Shown here piece after piece: positions 43,132 through 54,224 of a DNA stretch of 64,000 bases (position 1 is the stretch's first letter; each line of letters begins with the position of its first letter). The stretch comes from Prasinococcaceae sp. CCMP 1430 (Eukaryota > Plantae > Prasinodermophyta). Made by a program: the position numbers and the translations under genes. Location: the NCBI GenBank assembly GCA_013416795.1, contig RQSC01000554.1, positions 12,667 through 76,666 on the forward strand, given 5' to 3'. Below the pieces are notes generated by a model. It saw nothing but the letters and a program-made list of their open reading frames with translations. It did not search any database and was not told where the DNA came from.

Positions 43132-45015
43132 TTAAGCACCAGGCTCGGCTGACCCCTCGGCGGTCGCCTTCGCCTCGCCTGTGCTCGAGCGTTTCTTGGC
43201 CTTGTCGCGCTTGTCGCGCTTGTCGCGCTTGTCGCGCTTGTCGCGCTTGTCGCGCTTGTCGCGCTTGTCGCGCTTGTCGCGCTTGTCGCGCTTGCCAACC
43301 TGCCGGTGGCCCTTCGCCGCGCGGCGCGCGTCCCTGAGCGCCTGCTTGTTGGGTTTGAGCTTTTCGTGCTTGTACGGCGCCAGCCTCTTCAGGCTGACGA
43401 TCTGGTTGAGCTCCTTGTCGTCCAACCACAGGATCTCCTCGGGGGTGAGGCCACCGTAGTCGGGCTGTACCTGCCTGTATCGGAAGCGAGTCTTGGTGTC
43501 TCCGATGACGTCCTCGAAGTGCATGGCGTCCATCTCTTTCTCGCCGCGCTCGTACGCCTCCGCCGCCGCCCCGGCCATCTCCACATCCTCGCCGCCGCCG
43601 CCGTCGCCGTAGTCCTCGTCCTCCTCCCCATAGTCGGGTATCTCGATGTCGTCCAGCTCCGCCTGCGACATGGGCCCCGCCGCGGCGCCCCCCTTGCCCG
43701 CGGGCTTGAAGCCCGCGTCCTTGGCGTCGTAGTACTCGTCGCTGAATATGGCGGCCATCTTGCGGTCATGTTCCTCAGGGTCGAACTCGTCGTCGAGGTC
43801 GTCCGCACCAATGGCGCCCGCAGCGGCGGCACCCTCCTCCGCGCCCTCAGCACCGCCGTCCGGACGCGGGTCGAGCCCCGCGGTCTGGGCAATCTCCTTC
43901 AGCCTGCTCTCAATCTCCTTGCGCTTGAGCGCCTTGAGGCGTTTGAGCTCCTCGACGGCGTCGCGGCGCGCCTTGGATTTCTTCTCGGCCTTGCGCTCGC
44001 GCGCGGCCTTCCTACGCTCTTTCTTGGGGTCCTTGCGCACGGTGGCGTCCTGAGCGCGCGCGTGGCTGACGATGTTGGCGCCTCCGGGCTCCTCGAAGCG
44101 GAAGTTGTACGCCGCCTCGAACGCATCCGCCTGTTCGAGCTCGCGCTCGTCCTCGCTGTCGTCGCCGGCGAGGTCTGCAAGGCGCGGGCGCGAGGCCGCG
44201 CCGCCCGCCTCCTCCTGCTCCACCCAGCCCTTGTTGCTCAGATAGTCCTTGAGGAAGCGCTCCTGCGCGTTGAGCTCCTCTACCTTGCCGAAGTACGACG
44301 CCAGCAGCGCGTCGGCCTGCGCGGCGCTGTCCTTGCCCGAACCGAGCACCGCATTGTCGAAGCCCATGCCGCCACCGCCGCCGAAGGCGCCGAAGCCCGC
44401 GCCCCCGTCGCCGCCCTGCGCCTCGGGGCGTTCCGCGGCCTTGTTGAGCGTGAACATGTCGTCGTCATCGTCGCTGTCGCTGCCGCCGGCCGCGCCGCCG
44501 CCGAAGCCGCCCGCCGCACGGAGGAACGCGCCCTTGACGTTGCCCTGCTCCTCCACGTAGGTCGGGCCCGCGCCAGCGTCGCCCGCATCGTCCTCTGCGA
44601 CTGCCGCCTCGGCGCCCTCCTCCAGCAAGCGCTTCGCCTGGTAGTCCTTCAGGTACACCGGTTTTTCCTTTTTGCCCTTTGCGGCGTCGGCAGCCTTGGG
44701 CTGCGGCGGCGTGAAGAGCTCCTCCTTCGAGCCCTTGCTGAAGAGCTTCGGGTCGCGGTTCTTGATGCGCAGCAGCGCGGCGGAGAACTCGGCGTCCGCC
44801 GAGGGGTCCATCGCGCCCTCATCCTCGGACTCGTCGTCGCTCGAGCTGTCGTCGTCCGCTTCGGCCGCGCGCTCGGCGAGCCGCAGCAGCTCCTTCTTGC
44901 GCTTGTGCTTCTCGAAGGCCTCCGCGTAGCCCGCGTTCACCACGAGGCCGGCGGCCTCGCCCCGCTCGTAGCCGCCATCGTCCAGCGCCTCGCCGAGCAG
45001 GTCCGCGCCGCCCAT
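43132..45015 (-). CDS. KRI1: KRI1 homolog (40S biogenesis)
   Basis: FLKDYLSNKGW, FEAAYNFRFEEP, TVRK, ELKRLKALKRKEI, RFRYRQV, LTPEEIL..DDKELNQIVSLKRLAPY. Confidence 0.95.
   Translation of the reverse strand: MGGADLLGEALDDGGYERGEAAGLVVNAGYAEAFEKHKRKKELLRLAERAAEADDDSSSDDESEDEGAMDPSADAEFSAALLRIKNRDPKLFSKGSKEELFTPPQPKAADAAKGKKEKPVYLKDYQAKRLLEEGAEAAVAEDDAGDAGAGPTYVEEQGNVKGAFLRAAGGFGGGAAGGSDSDDDDDMFTLNKAAERPEAQGGDGGAGFGAFGGGGGMGFDNAVLGSGKDSAAQADALLASYFGKVEELNAQERFLKDYLSNKGWVEQEEAGGAASRPRLADLAGDDSEDERELEQADAFEAAYNFRFEEPGGANIVSHARAQDATVRKDPKKERRKAARERKAEKKSKARRDAVEELKRLKALKRKEIESRLKEIAQTAGLDPRPDGGAEGAEEGAAAAGAIGADDLDDEFDPEEHDRKMAAIFSDEYYDAKDAGFKPAGKGGAAAGPMSQAELDDIEIPDYGEEDEDYGDGGGGEDVEMAGAAAEAYERGEKEMDAMHFEDVIGDTKTRFRYRQVQPDYGGLTPEEILWLDDKELNQIVSLKRLAPYKHEKLKPNKQALRDARRAAKGHRQVGKRDKRDKRDKRDKRDKRDKRDKRDKRDKRDKAKKRSSTGEAKATAEGSAEPGA
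43201..43292. repeat. Coding 9-bp tandem repeat, (DKR)n, in the KRI1 tail
   Basis: CTTGTCGCG repeated about 10 times. Confidence 0.9.
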
Positions 45016-46267
45016 GGCAGCAGCAGGCGCGGAGTTGCGCCGCCGCGGCCGAAGCGGCCGGCCGCGGCCCTTGGGGCGGGGGGGCGCGCTCTGGTCCCGT
45101 CCCGCGACGGCGCGCGCGCGCCGGCGCGCCCAGCCGCCGGCCGGCGGCCCGGTGGCGGAAAACGCGCGCTCGCATCGCATCGCTTCCGCAAGAAACCATG
45201 CCGTTTTACATCCGACACGTCAACATTTCGCGGCGGGCTTTCCTGGGCGCATTTCGCAGCGTTGGCCGCACACTGCACCCGCCGGCCGCGGGGCGTTTCG
45301 CACCCGCGTCGCCGGCGCCAATTTCGCGGATATGCAGTCTTGCCGTACCGCGAATTTCCGACGGGCGGCGCGCATCCCGGCCCTCCGAAGGGGCGCGCGC
45401 CGCTTCGTTCGCGGCGCGGCCCGCCCGAGAGGCGCGGGTGATGAGCACCCCGCGCGCCGGCACGCGCGCGCGTGTACTGCGCGTGCGAGGGGAGAGGCGG
45501 CGGTGGACGTCTATGGAGACCGACGCACGCAAGCAGGCGTCGTGTACCGTGCCGGAGGGCGGGAGCGTGTGCCGTGTCGAGGGAACGTCGCTTGGGCCCA
45601 CGACAGGTCGGGCCGCGCGTGCCGGCTGGCGGTAGTGCCGAGCAATGGCGGCGCCTGGAGGAGTTTGCCGACGAGCGTGCTCGGTAGTCCATCGATGCGG
45701 GCGCAGACCTGGGAACGTGCAGACGTCGCCGCCTGCCCGGCCCGCCTTGTTACGCACCGCGTATGCTCGAGCGCTCGATGGCGTGCACGAGCGGCGGCGC
45801 TGTCAAAGGCACTCGTGGGGTCGCTGAGTGCCGCCGCGCGGGGGCCGGGAGCAATCTGCGCGCGCGCGCCGGCGCGCATTTTTGTGTCGCCGCGCGATCG
45901 CATCAAATGCTGTAGTTGCCGCGGCTGCGCCTGCACAGCACGGTGCGGCGGGCGGGCGGCCACACGGCGTGCGCGCGCGCGCCCCCCTTGCCGCGCGCGC
46001 CTCACCCGGGGGGTCGAGAGCTGGTCGGGCGGGCTGGCAAGGCCGCAGGCGGGGGAGAAGAGACAAGCGTGGGGAAGGGTGGGTTTGTGGGAGAGGAGCA
46101 GTGCGCAAAGCGCAAGCCACCGCGGTGCGCTCGCGCACTGCCCCGCTCTGCGCAAGCAGGCCGTGTCGCGCTGTAGCTCTGTGGGAGATGCATCGGAGCT
46201 AGGGCGCGCGCTCGGCTGCACGCAGAGTGGAGAATAAGAGGGACAGGCGGTCGGCAGCGCCCGTGGC

Positions 46268-46714
46268 ATGCGTGCCGGTCGAGAGCACGCGATGAGGAAA
46301 AATTGGTCTGCTGTCGACGGCAGGTTGCGAGGGCGGCGTGGCCACGGCCGCCGCGCGCACAGAGTGCTGTTGCTGCTCGGTAGCTGTTTAGTAGCGGCGC
46401 TCGCGGTGCGAGCCCAGCCGAGCGCAGCGCCCAGCGAAGTCGCCACAGCGGCGGCTTACGACCCCGACGAGCAGCGCGACCGCGAGCTGCGAAAAGATGC
46501 GATCGAGAGCGGCAGCCTGAGCGTGAAGCTTGTGCCCGAGCGAGTCGATGGAGATGTTTCAGTGGCAGGCGGTGCACCCGTCGAAGAGCCAACGGACAGC
46601 ATGCCGACCGACGTGCCGACGATCATCGTCACACGCGCCCCACAGACGCCACCGCCAGAGCCAGAGCCTGAGCCCGAGCCTGAGCCGGAGCCGGAGCCCG
46701 AGCCGGAGCCCGAG

Positions 46715-46769
<55 letters not shown>

Positions 46770-47908
46770 CGGAGGCGACCAAGTCGACCGACGCACCCGT
46801 GGCGGCCCCCACGGCGCCTGAGCCAACTGAGCCACCCGTTGCACCGCAGAAGGACACGCCCAAGTCGACTGACGCGCCCGTGGCGCCCCCCACGGCGCCT
46901 GAGCCAACGGAGCCGCCTGCGGAGCTGCAGACAGGCGCGCCCGCGGTGGCCCCGACGACACCCGAGCCAACGGAGCTGCCCGTTGCGCCGCACAACGAGG
47001 CACCCAAGTCGACAGACGCGCCCGTGGCGGCCCCGGCGACACCCGAGCAAACGGAAGCACCCGTTGCGCCGCAGAAGGACGCGCCCGAGTCGACGGACGC
47101 GCCTGTGGCACACACAACGGCGCCTGAGCCAACGGAGCCGCCCGCGGCACTGCAGACGGACGCACCCCAATCGACGGACGCGCCCGCGGCGCCCACGACG
47201 CAGCTACCTGCAGCATCTCCGACGGAGATGCCCCTGGCATCCCCGACGGAGGCGCCCGGCCTGACGGAGCTCCCCGTGGCGCCACCGACGCCGGCACCTG
47301 GTCCGATTGACCACCCAGTAGCATTTCAGACGACGGTGCCCGACCCTCCGATCGAGACCCCCGTGGCACCTCCGAGTCAGACGGAGACACCCGAGCCAGC
47401 TGAAGACCTGCCACCGGCCCCGACGGAGGCGCCCGAGCCGGCGGAGCCCCCCGCGGCGCCCAAGACGGAAGTGCCCGGGCCAACGGAAGCGCCAGTGTCG
47501 CCCCCGACGGACGCACCCGCCCCTACGGAGAGCCCGAGCGGCGTGCCCGTGTGTGCTCCATGCACCTGCTCGCCAACTGCTGCCCCGACGACGTCTCCGA
47601 CAGAGCAGCCCACCAAAGCCCCGACTGTCGGTGTGCCAACTGATGCACCGGTGGAGCCGGTGTCTCCCACTCGCCCGCCGAGGCGCCGGCCAGCATCGTC
47701 GAGTGGGCAGGACCTGGACGAGGACGATGAACCTACGAGGAGAACTCGCAGGGCGAGGAGGAGGAGGACGAGCAAAGTGGAGAAGGGAGAGGAGGGGGAA
47801 GAGCGCGCCCGCGGCGACAAGGGGGGGCGACGAAGGAAAAAGCGTCATGGCAAGACCAGGAGGGCGAAGAGGCGAAGAATGCGCAACAGGCGAGATGCAG
47901 ACGACTGA
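46268..47908 (+). CDS. Pro/Thr/Glu-rich mucin-like protein with N-terminal hydrophobic segment and polybasic C-terminus
   Basis: [17 protein letters not shown], a (PE)n tract, ~27-aa [19 protein letters not shown] repeats, and an Arg/Lys tail. Confidence 0.75.
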
Positions 47909-48184
47909 TGCCAGGGGCATCAGCCAGTGGCGAGAGGGCAACCATTCCTCTGACGCGTCGCATGTAATTGCAAAAGCCCAACACTGCATGCCCGCCGTCC
48001 TCGCCGCGCACGCGCAGGAACGGGACGTCGGCTGCCCCTCAACAATTGTGTGTGTGCGTGAGGGTGGGTGGGTCCTCCCCGTCTTACAGGCGCGCGGCGC
48101 GGCCAATGCGGCCGACGGCCGGTGCGCTCGGCGCGCGGGCTGTGATGGTATGAATGTCTCCCTCTGCGAGCGGCGCGATGGGCG

Positions 48185-49663
48185 TCAGTCGAAGCCCGCG
48201 CCGGTCCATCCAGCCTTGTCACCAGCTGTGGGCGTGCCCTCGTCGCTATCCTCCCAGCCCGCCCACCCGTCGTCGGCGGCCGCCGGCGTCTTTGAGGCCG
48301 CGGGCGTTGGCGCGGGCGCGGGCTCGGTGTTGCTCGTGCTGCTGCCCCATCCATCGCCGTCGTCAGCGTCTTCGTCGCCCCAATCGTCCCAGCCCTCAGC
48401 CTTGGCCTTGGCCCTGCCATTAATGGCGGCGGCGCCAGTGCTGGGCTTGGCCGATGCTCGTTGGGTCTTGGCCCACGATTCAAATGACGGCTGCGAGGCC
48501 GATCGCTCATGAAGGGCGGCGGCCGCGTTGGCGGCGGCGGGGAGCTCCGAGCGCCCCAGCACTGGCTGGCTGCCAGCGCGCTGCCCCATGCCCCCCCGCG
48601 ACGCCGCGCTGCCGCCACCGCCCACGCTCGTGTTTATCGAGCCACTGCGCTGGTACTCCTCGGCCATCGCCTTGCCTTTCGCAGCGACGTTGCTCGCGAA
48701 GGATGTGAACGCGCCCCACCCCGACTTTGCCGCGGCGGCCGCCTTCTCGGCGGCCACCTTGCTCGCCTCCGTGGCACGGTTGGCCATCTGCTCGAGCTGA
48801 TCCTTGTCGACGCCGAGGTCGCCCGACGACACCTTGGAGCTCACCTGCTCGAACGCGCCCGACGCCGCGCGGGCGCCCCCGAGGGCGACCGAGCTCAGGC
48901 CGCGCCCGAGCGACGAGAGGGTGTCCTCGATCCCGCCGCTGGAGCTCTTCGCCTGGCGCGGAGGAGGCGCCGATCCAAAGCCCACGTACTTGCCGCCCTG
49001 GGAAGGCGCCACGCCCTCGGGCCGCGCGGCGTTCTGCATCTGCTTGCGCGCAAAAAAGTCCTCCTTCTTGGCAGCGCTCGCCATCAGCTGCTCCTTCGTG
49101 TACGCGCCGCCGTCGCCGCCGAACTTGCCCGCCCCGCCGCCGCCGCCCTTGGCGCTGGGCGCGTCCCAGTCGTCGCCCCACCCGTCGTTGCTGGAGCCGC
49201 CGAACTTGCCCGCGCTCGCCGCGCCGCGCCGCGACGGCGCCGCCGACGCGTTGCCGCCTCCGCCGAGGGTCTCCTTGAACGGCGCGGGCATCGCGAACGG
49301 CTGACCCTTTGACTCGGCGTCGATCTTCCGGCGGTATATCTCGGCTGCCTTGGAGTTGTACTTGAGCTTGATGTCAGCCGTCTTGTCGATGCCGTATTGC
49401 TTGAAGTGCGCGATCAGCTTGGCGTTGCCGCCAGCCTTCATCTTCGCCAGCTGCTGCTCGTTCCACGCGTCCATGCCGACGGAGCGCACGAAGGAGAGGT
49501 GCACGCCCAGCCCGCGGTGCACGCCGGAGCACTCGAGGCAGAAGAAGCACCCGTAGCTCACGCTCGCCCACTGGGGGTTGCGCGTCGGGCAGTCCACGCA
49601 CACCTTGTTCTCCGGCCGTGACTGCAGCTCGCGGAGCACCGCCGCCGCCGCCGGCGACGCCAT
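48185..49663 (-). CDS. ArfGAP1/Gcs1-type ADP-ribosylation factor GTPase-activating protein
   Basis: CVDC-x16-CLEC zinc finger, [36 protein letters not shown]. Confidence 0.95.
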   Translation of the reverse strand: MASPAAAAVLRELQSRPENKVCVDCPTRNPQWASVSYGCFFCLECSGVHRGLGVHLSFVRSVGMDAWNEQQLAKMKAGGNAKLIAHFKQYGIDKTADIKLKYNSKAAEIYRRKIDAESKGQPFAMPAPFKETLGGGGNASAAPSRRGAASAGKFGGSSNDGWGDDWDAPSAKGGGGGAGKFGGDGGAYTKEQLMASAAKKEDFFARKQMQNAARPEGVAPSQGGKYVGFGSAPPPRQAKSSSGGIEDTLSSLGRGLSSVALGGARAASGAFEQVSSKVSSGDLGVDKDQLEQMANRATEASKVAAEKAAAAAKSGWGAFTSFASNVAAKGKAMAEEYQRSGSINTSVGGGGSAASRGGMGQRAGSQPVLGRSELPAAANAAAALHERSASQPSFESWAKTQRASAKPSTGAAAINGRAKAKAEGWDDWGDEDADDGDGWGSSTSNTEPAPAPTPAASKTPAAADDGWAGWEDSDEGTPTAGDKAGWTGAGFD

Positions 49664-50667
49664 CGCGCGCCGCCGGTCGCGCAGGCGCCGGCTGATCCCG
49701 CCCCCGGAGAGCAGCGCGCCGCCCGCGCCGCCGCCCCGGCCGTAGCGCAGCGGCGCACCCACCCCGTCCCTTGCCGACGATTCAATGCTCTCAATCGGAT
49801 CGATGTCGATCGATCGCGCCGCGTATACCACACTCGAATTCCTCCATTCGGGTTTGCATTCGCGCGCCCTGGGCGCACGCCGGGGGTTCGGACGGATGGA
49901 TGGATCTGGATCTGATCTGTGGCGCACATTCGTCGGGGCAGCGGGGAAGAGCCCGCTCGCTCGCCGCGCGGCCCCTCGGGCGCCGCGGCGGGCAGGTCGA
50001 AAGCGCATGCGCGCAGGCTAGGCATGGGCATGGGCGGTGAGGAACCCTACCTAGGTACCTGAAACACAACTTTTTGATCCAATTGGGGACGTGGTGGTGG
50101 AGCGGGAATAAAACCTAAACTCTCGCAACGTGCGCGCGGGGCCACCGAGATTCCGTCCGTGGATGTTCGTCTAGGATGGCCGAGTGCTCTCATCGAATCG
50201 TGCATGGAATTTGCGAGGTGGAGGTGGAACTTCGCGGCGGTGTCCCTCGCCTGGCGGATGTTCGCCCAGGATTGGACGTTTTTCGCCGGCCGCGCTGCTC
50301 CCGGCCAGCCGCTCGGTCGGTTGTTGGCGCCGCTCGTTCGGAACGACTGCGGTTGTTCGCGAGCGACGGCGCAGTGCGCGGGGCGCCGGGCGGGGGCCGA
50401 GGGCGCTCGCGCACAGCGGGGGGGCGCCACACCGCGCAACGCGGCGCGGCCCGAGCGGCCTCTCTCTCTCTTTCTCTTCCTCTCCTCCCCCCCAACGCAC
50501 CCTTTCCCCTCGTCGCCCAACCAGGAGGGACCAGCGCCCGCCCTCCCCCCGGTCGTCGAGGTGAGGGCGACGGCGCGGCGGCGGGCCTTCGGCCCGGCCG
50601 CCGCCGGCATGCACACGGCATGCACGCGCGCGGCGGCGGGGCGGGCGGCGCGGCGGCGGGGCAGAAC

Positions 50668-51957
50668 ATGTCGCTGGACGTGCCACTGCTCGGGAAGATC
50701 ACGCTGGCGGAGGAGGCGGAGTTCATGGTGTGCGTGGTGGGGATCATGTCGAGCCTGGTGGTGTACGGCCTCATGCAGGAGCGCATCGTGAGGCACCCGT
50801 ACGCTGCGCCCGGCAGCGACGCCGCGGAGTTCTTCAACAGCTCGCTCTTCCTTGTGTTCTGCAACCGCATTTTCACGTGCGCGAGCGCGGCCGTGTGGTC
50901 CAAGGCCAAGGGGCAGCCTCTCGCGCCTGCGTGCCCGCTGTACAAGTACGGCTCCATCTCGCTCAGCAACGTGGTCGCGACAACTTGCCAGTATGAGGCG
51001 CTCAAGTTCGTGTCGTTCCCCGTGCAGACGCTGGCAAAGTGCGCCAAGATGATGCCCGTGCTGGTGTGGGGGACCCTCATGAGTGGCAAGCGATACAAGG
51101 TAAAGCCCTCGCTCGCGCGCATGCGCGGGCCGCGCACGGCACATCTTGCAAAGCGCTCACTCGGCGCGCTCGCTCACCTCCTCTCTCGCCCCCTCCCCTC
51201 CCTTTCGCCCCGCTCCGCCTCGCAGGTGTCCGACTACGCAGCAGCAGCGGCGGTCACTTTGTCCTGCACGTTCTTCTTGCTAGAGAGCGCGGGCGACAAC
51301 GACGCAGGGAACGTGCGGCCGAACGTTGGCGCCATGGGCGGCGCTGTGGCCACCGCGTACGGCGTGGGCCTCATGGTGTGCTACCTGAGCTTCGACGGCT
51401 TCACCTCGACGTTCCAGGACAAGCTCTTCGCAGGGTACGAAGGGATGTCCATCATGAACCAGGTGTTCTGGGTGACCACGTTCTCCACGGGCGTCACGTT
51501 GCTCAGTCTGGTGTCCTCAGGGCAGCTCTGGCCCGCCCTCGCCATGCTCATGCGCCACAGCTCGCTCGCAGGCCACGTCGTCCTTTTGAGCGTCGCCGCG
51601 ACCGCAGGGCAGTTCTTCATCACGTACACCATCAAACAGTACGGCGCGCTGCCCTTCGCCACCATCATGACGACCCGGCAGCTGGTGTCGATCCTGCTCA
51701 GCTGCTTCATGTATGGCCCGCCGCTCAATCTTCGGCAGTGGATCGCGCTCGTGGCAACCTTCGCGTCTCTGTACCTGCGGAACTATGGCAAGATGCAAGG
51801 CAAGAAGGCGCGCAGGCGAGGTCACGGTCCAGAGGATGCGAGCGAGGCAGGCGAGGGCGACGCCGAGCGCCTGGTCGGCGCCGATGCCAGTGGGGGTGAC
51901 ATGGAGCTCGGCAACCCGACGAGGCGAGCGCCGTCTGTAGTCGCGGAGGTGCGATGA
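50668..51957 (+). CDS. SLC35B/UAA-family nucleotide-sugar or PAPS transporter; intron 51100-51225
   Basis: YGLMQERI, LVFCNR, CQYEALKFVSFPVQTLAKCAKMMPV, FDGFTSTFQDKLF, GQFFITYTIKQYGAL..ATIMTTRQ. Confidence 0.93.
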   Translation: MSLDVPLLGKITLAEEAEFMVCVVGIMSSLVVYGLMQERIVRHPYAAPGSDAAEFFNSSLFLVFCNRIFTCASAAVWSKAKGQPLAPACPLYKYGSISLSNVVATTCQYEALKFVSFPVQTLAKCAKMMPVLVWGTLMSGKRYKVKPSLARMRGPRTAHLAKRSLGALAHLLSRPLPSLSPRSASQVSDYAAAAAVTLSCTFFLLESAGDNDAGNVRPNVGAMGGAVATAYGVGLMVCYLSFDGFTSTFQDKLFAGYEGMSIMNQVFWVTTFSTGVTLLSLVSSGQLWPALAMLMRHSSLAGHVVLLSVAATAGQFFITYTIKQYGALPFATIMTTRQLVSILLSCFMYGPPLNLRQWIALVATFASLYLRNYGKMQGKKARRRGHGPEDASEAGEGDAERLVGADASGGDMELGNPTRRAPSVVAEVR

Positions 51958-53079
51958 CGTGGACGCCGACGACGGCAAAGTCATTGGCGCGGGGGCTGGC
52001 TGGGCGCGCGCGCAGGCGGGCTCATCTCCATTAATATTCTGACGTAATTATGTGAGTGTCGACGATGGCGGCGCGCCTCTGTCACGGCCGCACGTGCTGT
52101 GGGTGCATGTCGTGCGCATGCGCTCGCCTATCTGCCCTCTCGCCCCCCGCCTCAAGGTCAGGCTCCCTCCTGTGGTCGAGCTCTTTGTCAACAGCGTGCC
52201 ACGCGCGCGCGGGCCTCGCCAGCTGCGCTCCGCTCGCACCCCCGCCAAGCGCGTACGCTTCCCGCGACGTGCGCGGCCCATAGAGCCTCGCAACGTAGAC
52301 CATAGCGCCGACGAAGACGAGCACGGTCACCGTCACACAGGCGGCAATGGCGGTGGTGCGCTTGGTGCGCTCGCGAGAAAGGGGGGACACAAATTTGCGG
52401 TTGGCGCACGCCAAATGCCCGCGAAATCCAAAGCGTTTTTTGGTTCCTTTTGGTTTCGCTGCGTGGGGGGCTGGCGTGGCATCGATGGCTGCGTGGCATC
52501 TTCGGCCGGGGCGCCGCCTCGCTCTCGCGCGCCTCGCGGCGAATTCCCGCTCCGCGGTTTGCGCGCAGGCCGCCCCGCCCAAACACTTTACGGCGAAGCC
52601 GCTCTGAATTGCAGGTGCGCCGCGGGATCGCGTATTCTATCCATGCGGCGGCGCGCGCGTGGCGCGAGCGGTGGTGCGTGCGTGCGTGTGCGGGGGGGTG
52701 CCATGCCGGCGCGACGTCCGGGTCGCCACACGGCGCGCGCTGCCATCGCGCATCTCTCTCCAACCCCCCACCCTGGGCGCCTCGAACGGCGGCGTGGAGT
52801 CGCCCCGGCGGGGTGCGCGCCTCGGCTGCGGGGCGGGTTGAGTGCTCCGCGAGTGCGGGGAGGCGGGAGGGCAGGGGCCGCCGCCCGCGTGGCCTCCTCT
52901 CCGGCCGTTCGCGCGCACTCGCCACCGCGGGCACCGACCGCTCCCGTCGCGCGCACGCCCATCCTTCGCCCCTCGTGAGGGATGGCTGCGGCTGCCGCCG
53001 CTGTGCGCGGGTGCGCGAGGGACACCCCAGGCCGCCTCTCGATCAACCGCGAGACGCTCGAGACGACCGGTGAGACTAG

Positions 53080-53859
53080 GACGACGGCGCCCGCAGCCGC
53101 GATGGCAGCGCCGGCGGCGAGGACGAGGGCAACGGCTTGGGCCTGGGCGCTGGCGCGGGGTTGGGGGCCGCGGTTGGCCTGATCCTCGTTTTCGGGGTGA
53201 CGGTGGGAGGCTCCATCGCGTACAAGGACCAGCTCACCGCCGCGCTGGACGCCTTCACGGCCTTGCTGGCGTCGCAGGGGTTGGCGCTGGGCTTGCTCGA
53301 GTACGCGGCGGTGTACATCGCGCTGGAGTTGCTGGCCGTGCCCGCCATCCCGCTCACCATGAGCGCGGGCGCCCTCTTCGGCACGCCGCTGGGCCTGGCG
53401 GTTGCGAGCTTCTCCTCGACCACCGCGGCGACCCTCTCCTTCTTGTTTGCGCGCACCATCGGGCGCGAGCGTGTGCTCAAGATGATGGAGGGCAACAGGA
53501 AGCTGCAGGCGGTAGACGAGGCCGTCGGCCGCGATGGATTTCGTGTGGTGGCTCTGCTCAGGCTGAGCCCGCTGCTGCCCTTTGCGCTGAGCAACTACGT
53601 GTACGGCGTGAGCAGCGTGGGCCTGCCCGCGTACGTGGCGGCCTCATGGCTGGGCATGCTGCCGGGGACGCTCTGGTTCGTCGGCGCCGGCTCGCTCGGC
53701 CGCTCGGTGTTGGCGGAGGGCGCGTCGGCGGGTGCGGGCGCAGGGGCTGCGGCTCTGGCGGCGAGCTTTGCGCTCAGCGTGCTCAGCGCGGGCTACGTGG
53801 GCAAGCTCGTCTCGGATGCCGTCAAGTCGGTCGACGATGAGGAGGCAACACTTTCGTAG
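53080..53859 (+). CDS. TVP38/TMEM64 (VTT/DedA, SNARE-associated) membrane protein; 5' exon(s) unresolved
   Basis: VPAIPLTMSAGALFG, SFLFARTIGR, VVALLRLSPLLPFALSNYVYG, GMLPGT. Confidence 0.9.
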   Translation, partial: DDGARSRDGSAGGEDEGNGLGLGAGAGLGAAVGLILVFGVTVGGSIAYKDQLTAALDAFTALLASQGLALGLLEYAAVYIALELLAVPAIPLTMSAGALFGTPLGLAVASFSSTTAATLSFLFARTIGRERVLKMMEGNRKLQAVDEAVGRDGFRVVALLRLSPLLPFALSNYVYGVSSVGLPAYVAASWLGMLPGTLWFVGAGSLGRSVLAEGASAGAGAGAAALAASFALSVLSAGYVGKLVSDAVKSVDDEEATLS

Positions 53860-54224
53860 CGACCACTGGTGCGTGGCGGTGCGAACTCAGGGGGTGGGGG
53901 GGTGGGGGGGGAGGGGGACGCACCCCGAGCGCAGCAAGCGGGCGCTGCCGGCGTGCCCAGCGTGATCCAAACACGGCAATGCGCGCGCGCTCGGCATTTC
54001 GAGTATCTCAGCGTGCTCGCGTGCCATGGCAGCAGACGCACGACCACGGCGGTAAGAGCACAATTTTTTGTTCCCGATCCGAGTGGGGGCGTGAGCTGCG
54101 CCCGCGCGCGGGGCGACCGCTTGCACCGTTGAGCGGGGCGCTCGCGGGCGCGCTTGTATCGGCCGCACGTGCACTACCGCACTACCCCGCGCTCGGGCTG
54201 AGACCCTGTTACAGGCACGCAGTC

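Noticed and set aside
51100-51225. Apparent 42-aa insertion in the SLC35B transporter, and a similar read-through near 59340-59518 in the kinase
   Set aside because: These are stop-free GT-AG introns of length 3n, and removing them restores the family alignment.
52082-52582. Small ORF with one hydrophobic helix
   Set aside because: There is no recognisable family, the start is uncertain and it overlaps a probable promoter region, so support is insufficient.
53011-53079. Possible third foreign fragment upstream of TVP38 (LSINRETLETTGET)
   Set aside because: It can be explained as part of an ordinary 105-nt intron (GTGAGG 52975 to TAG 53079), and no family motif is recognised.
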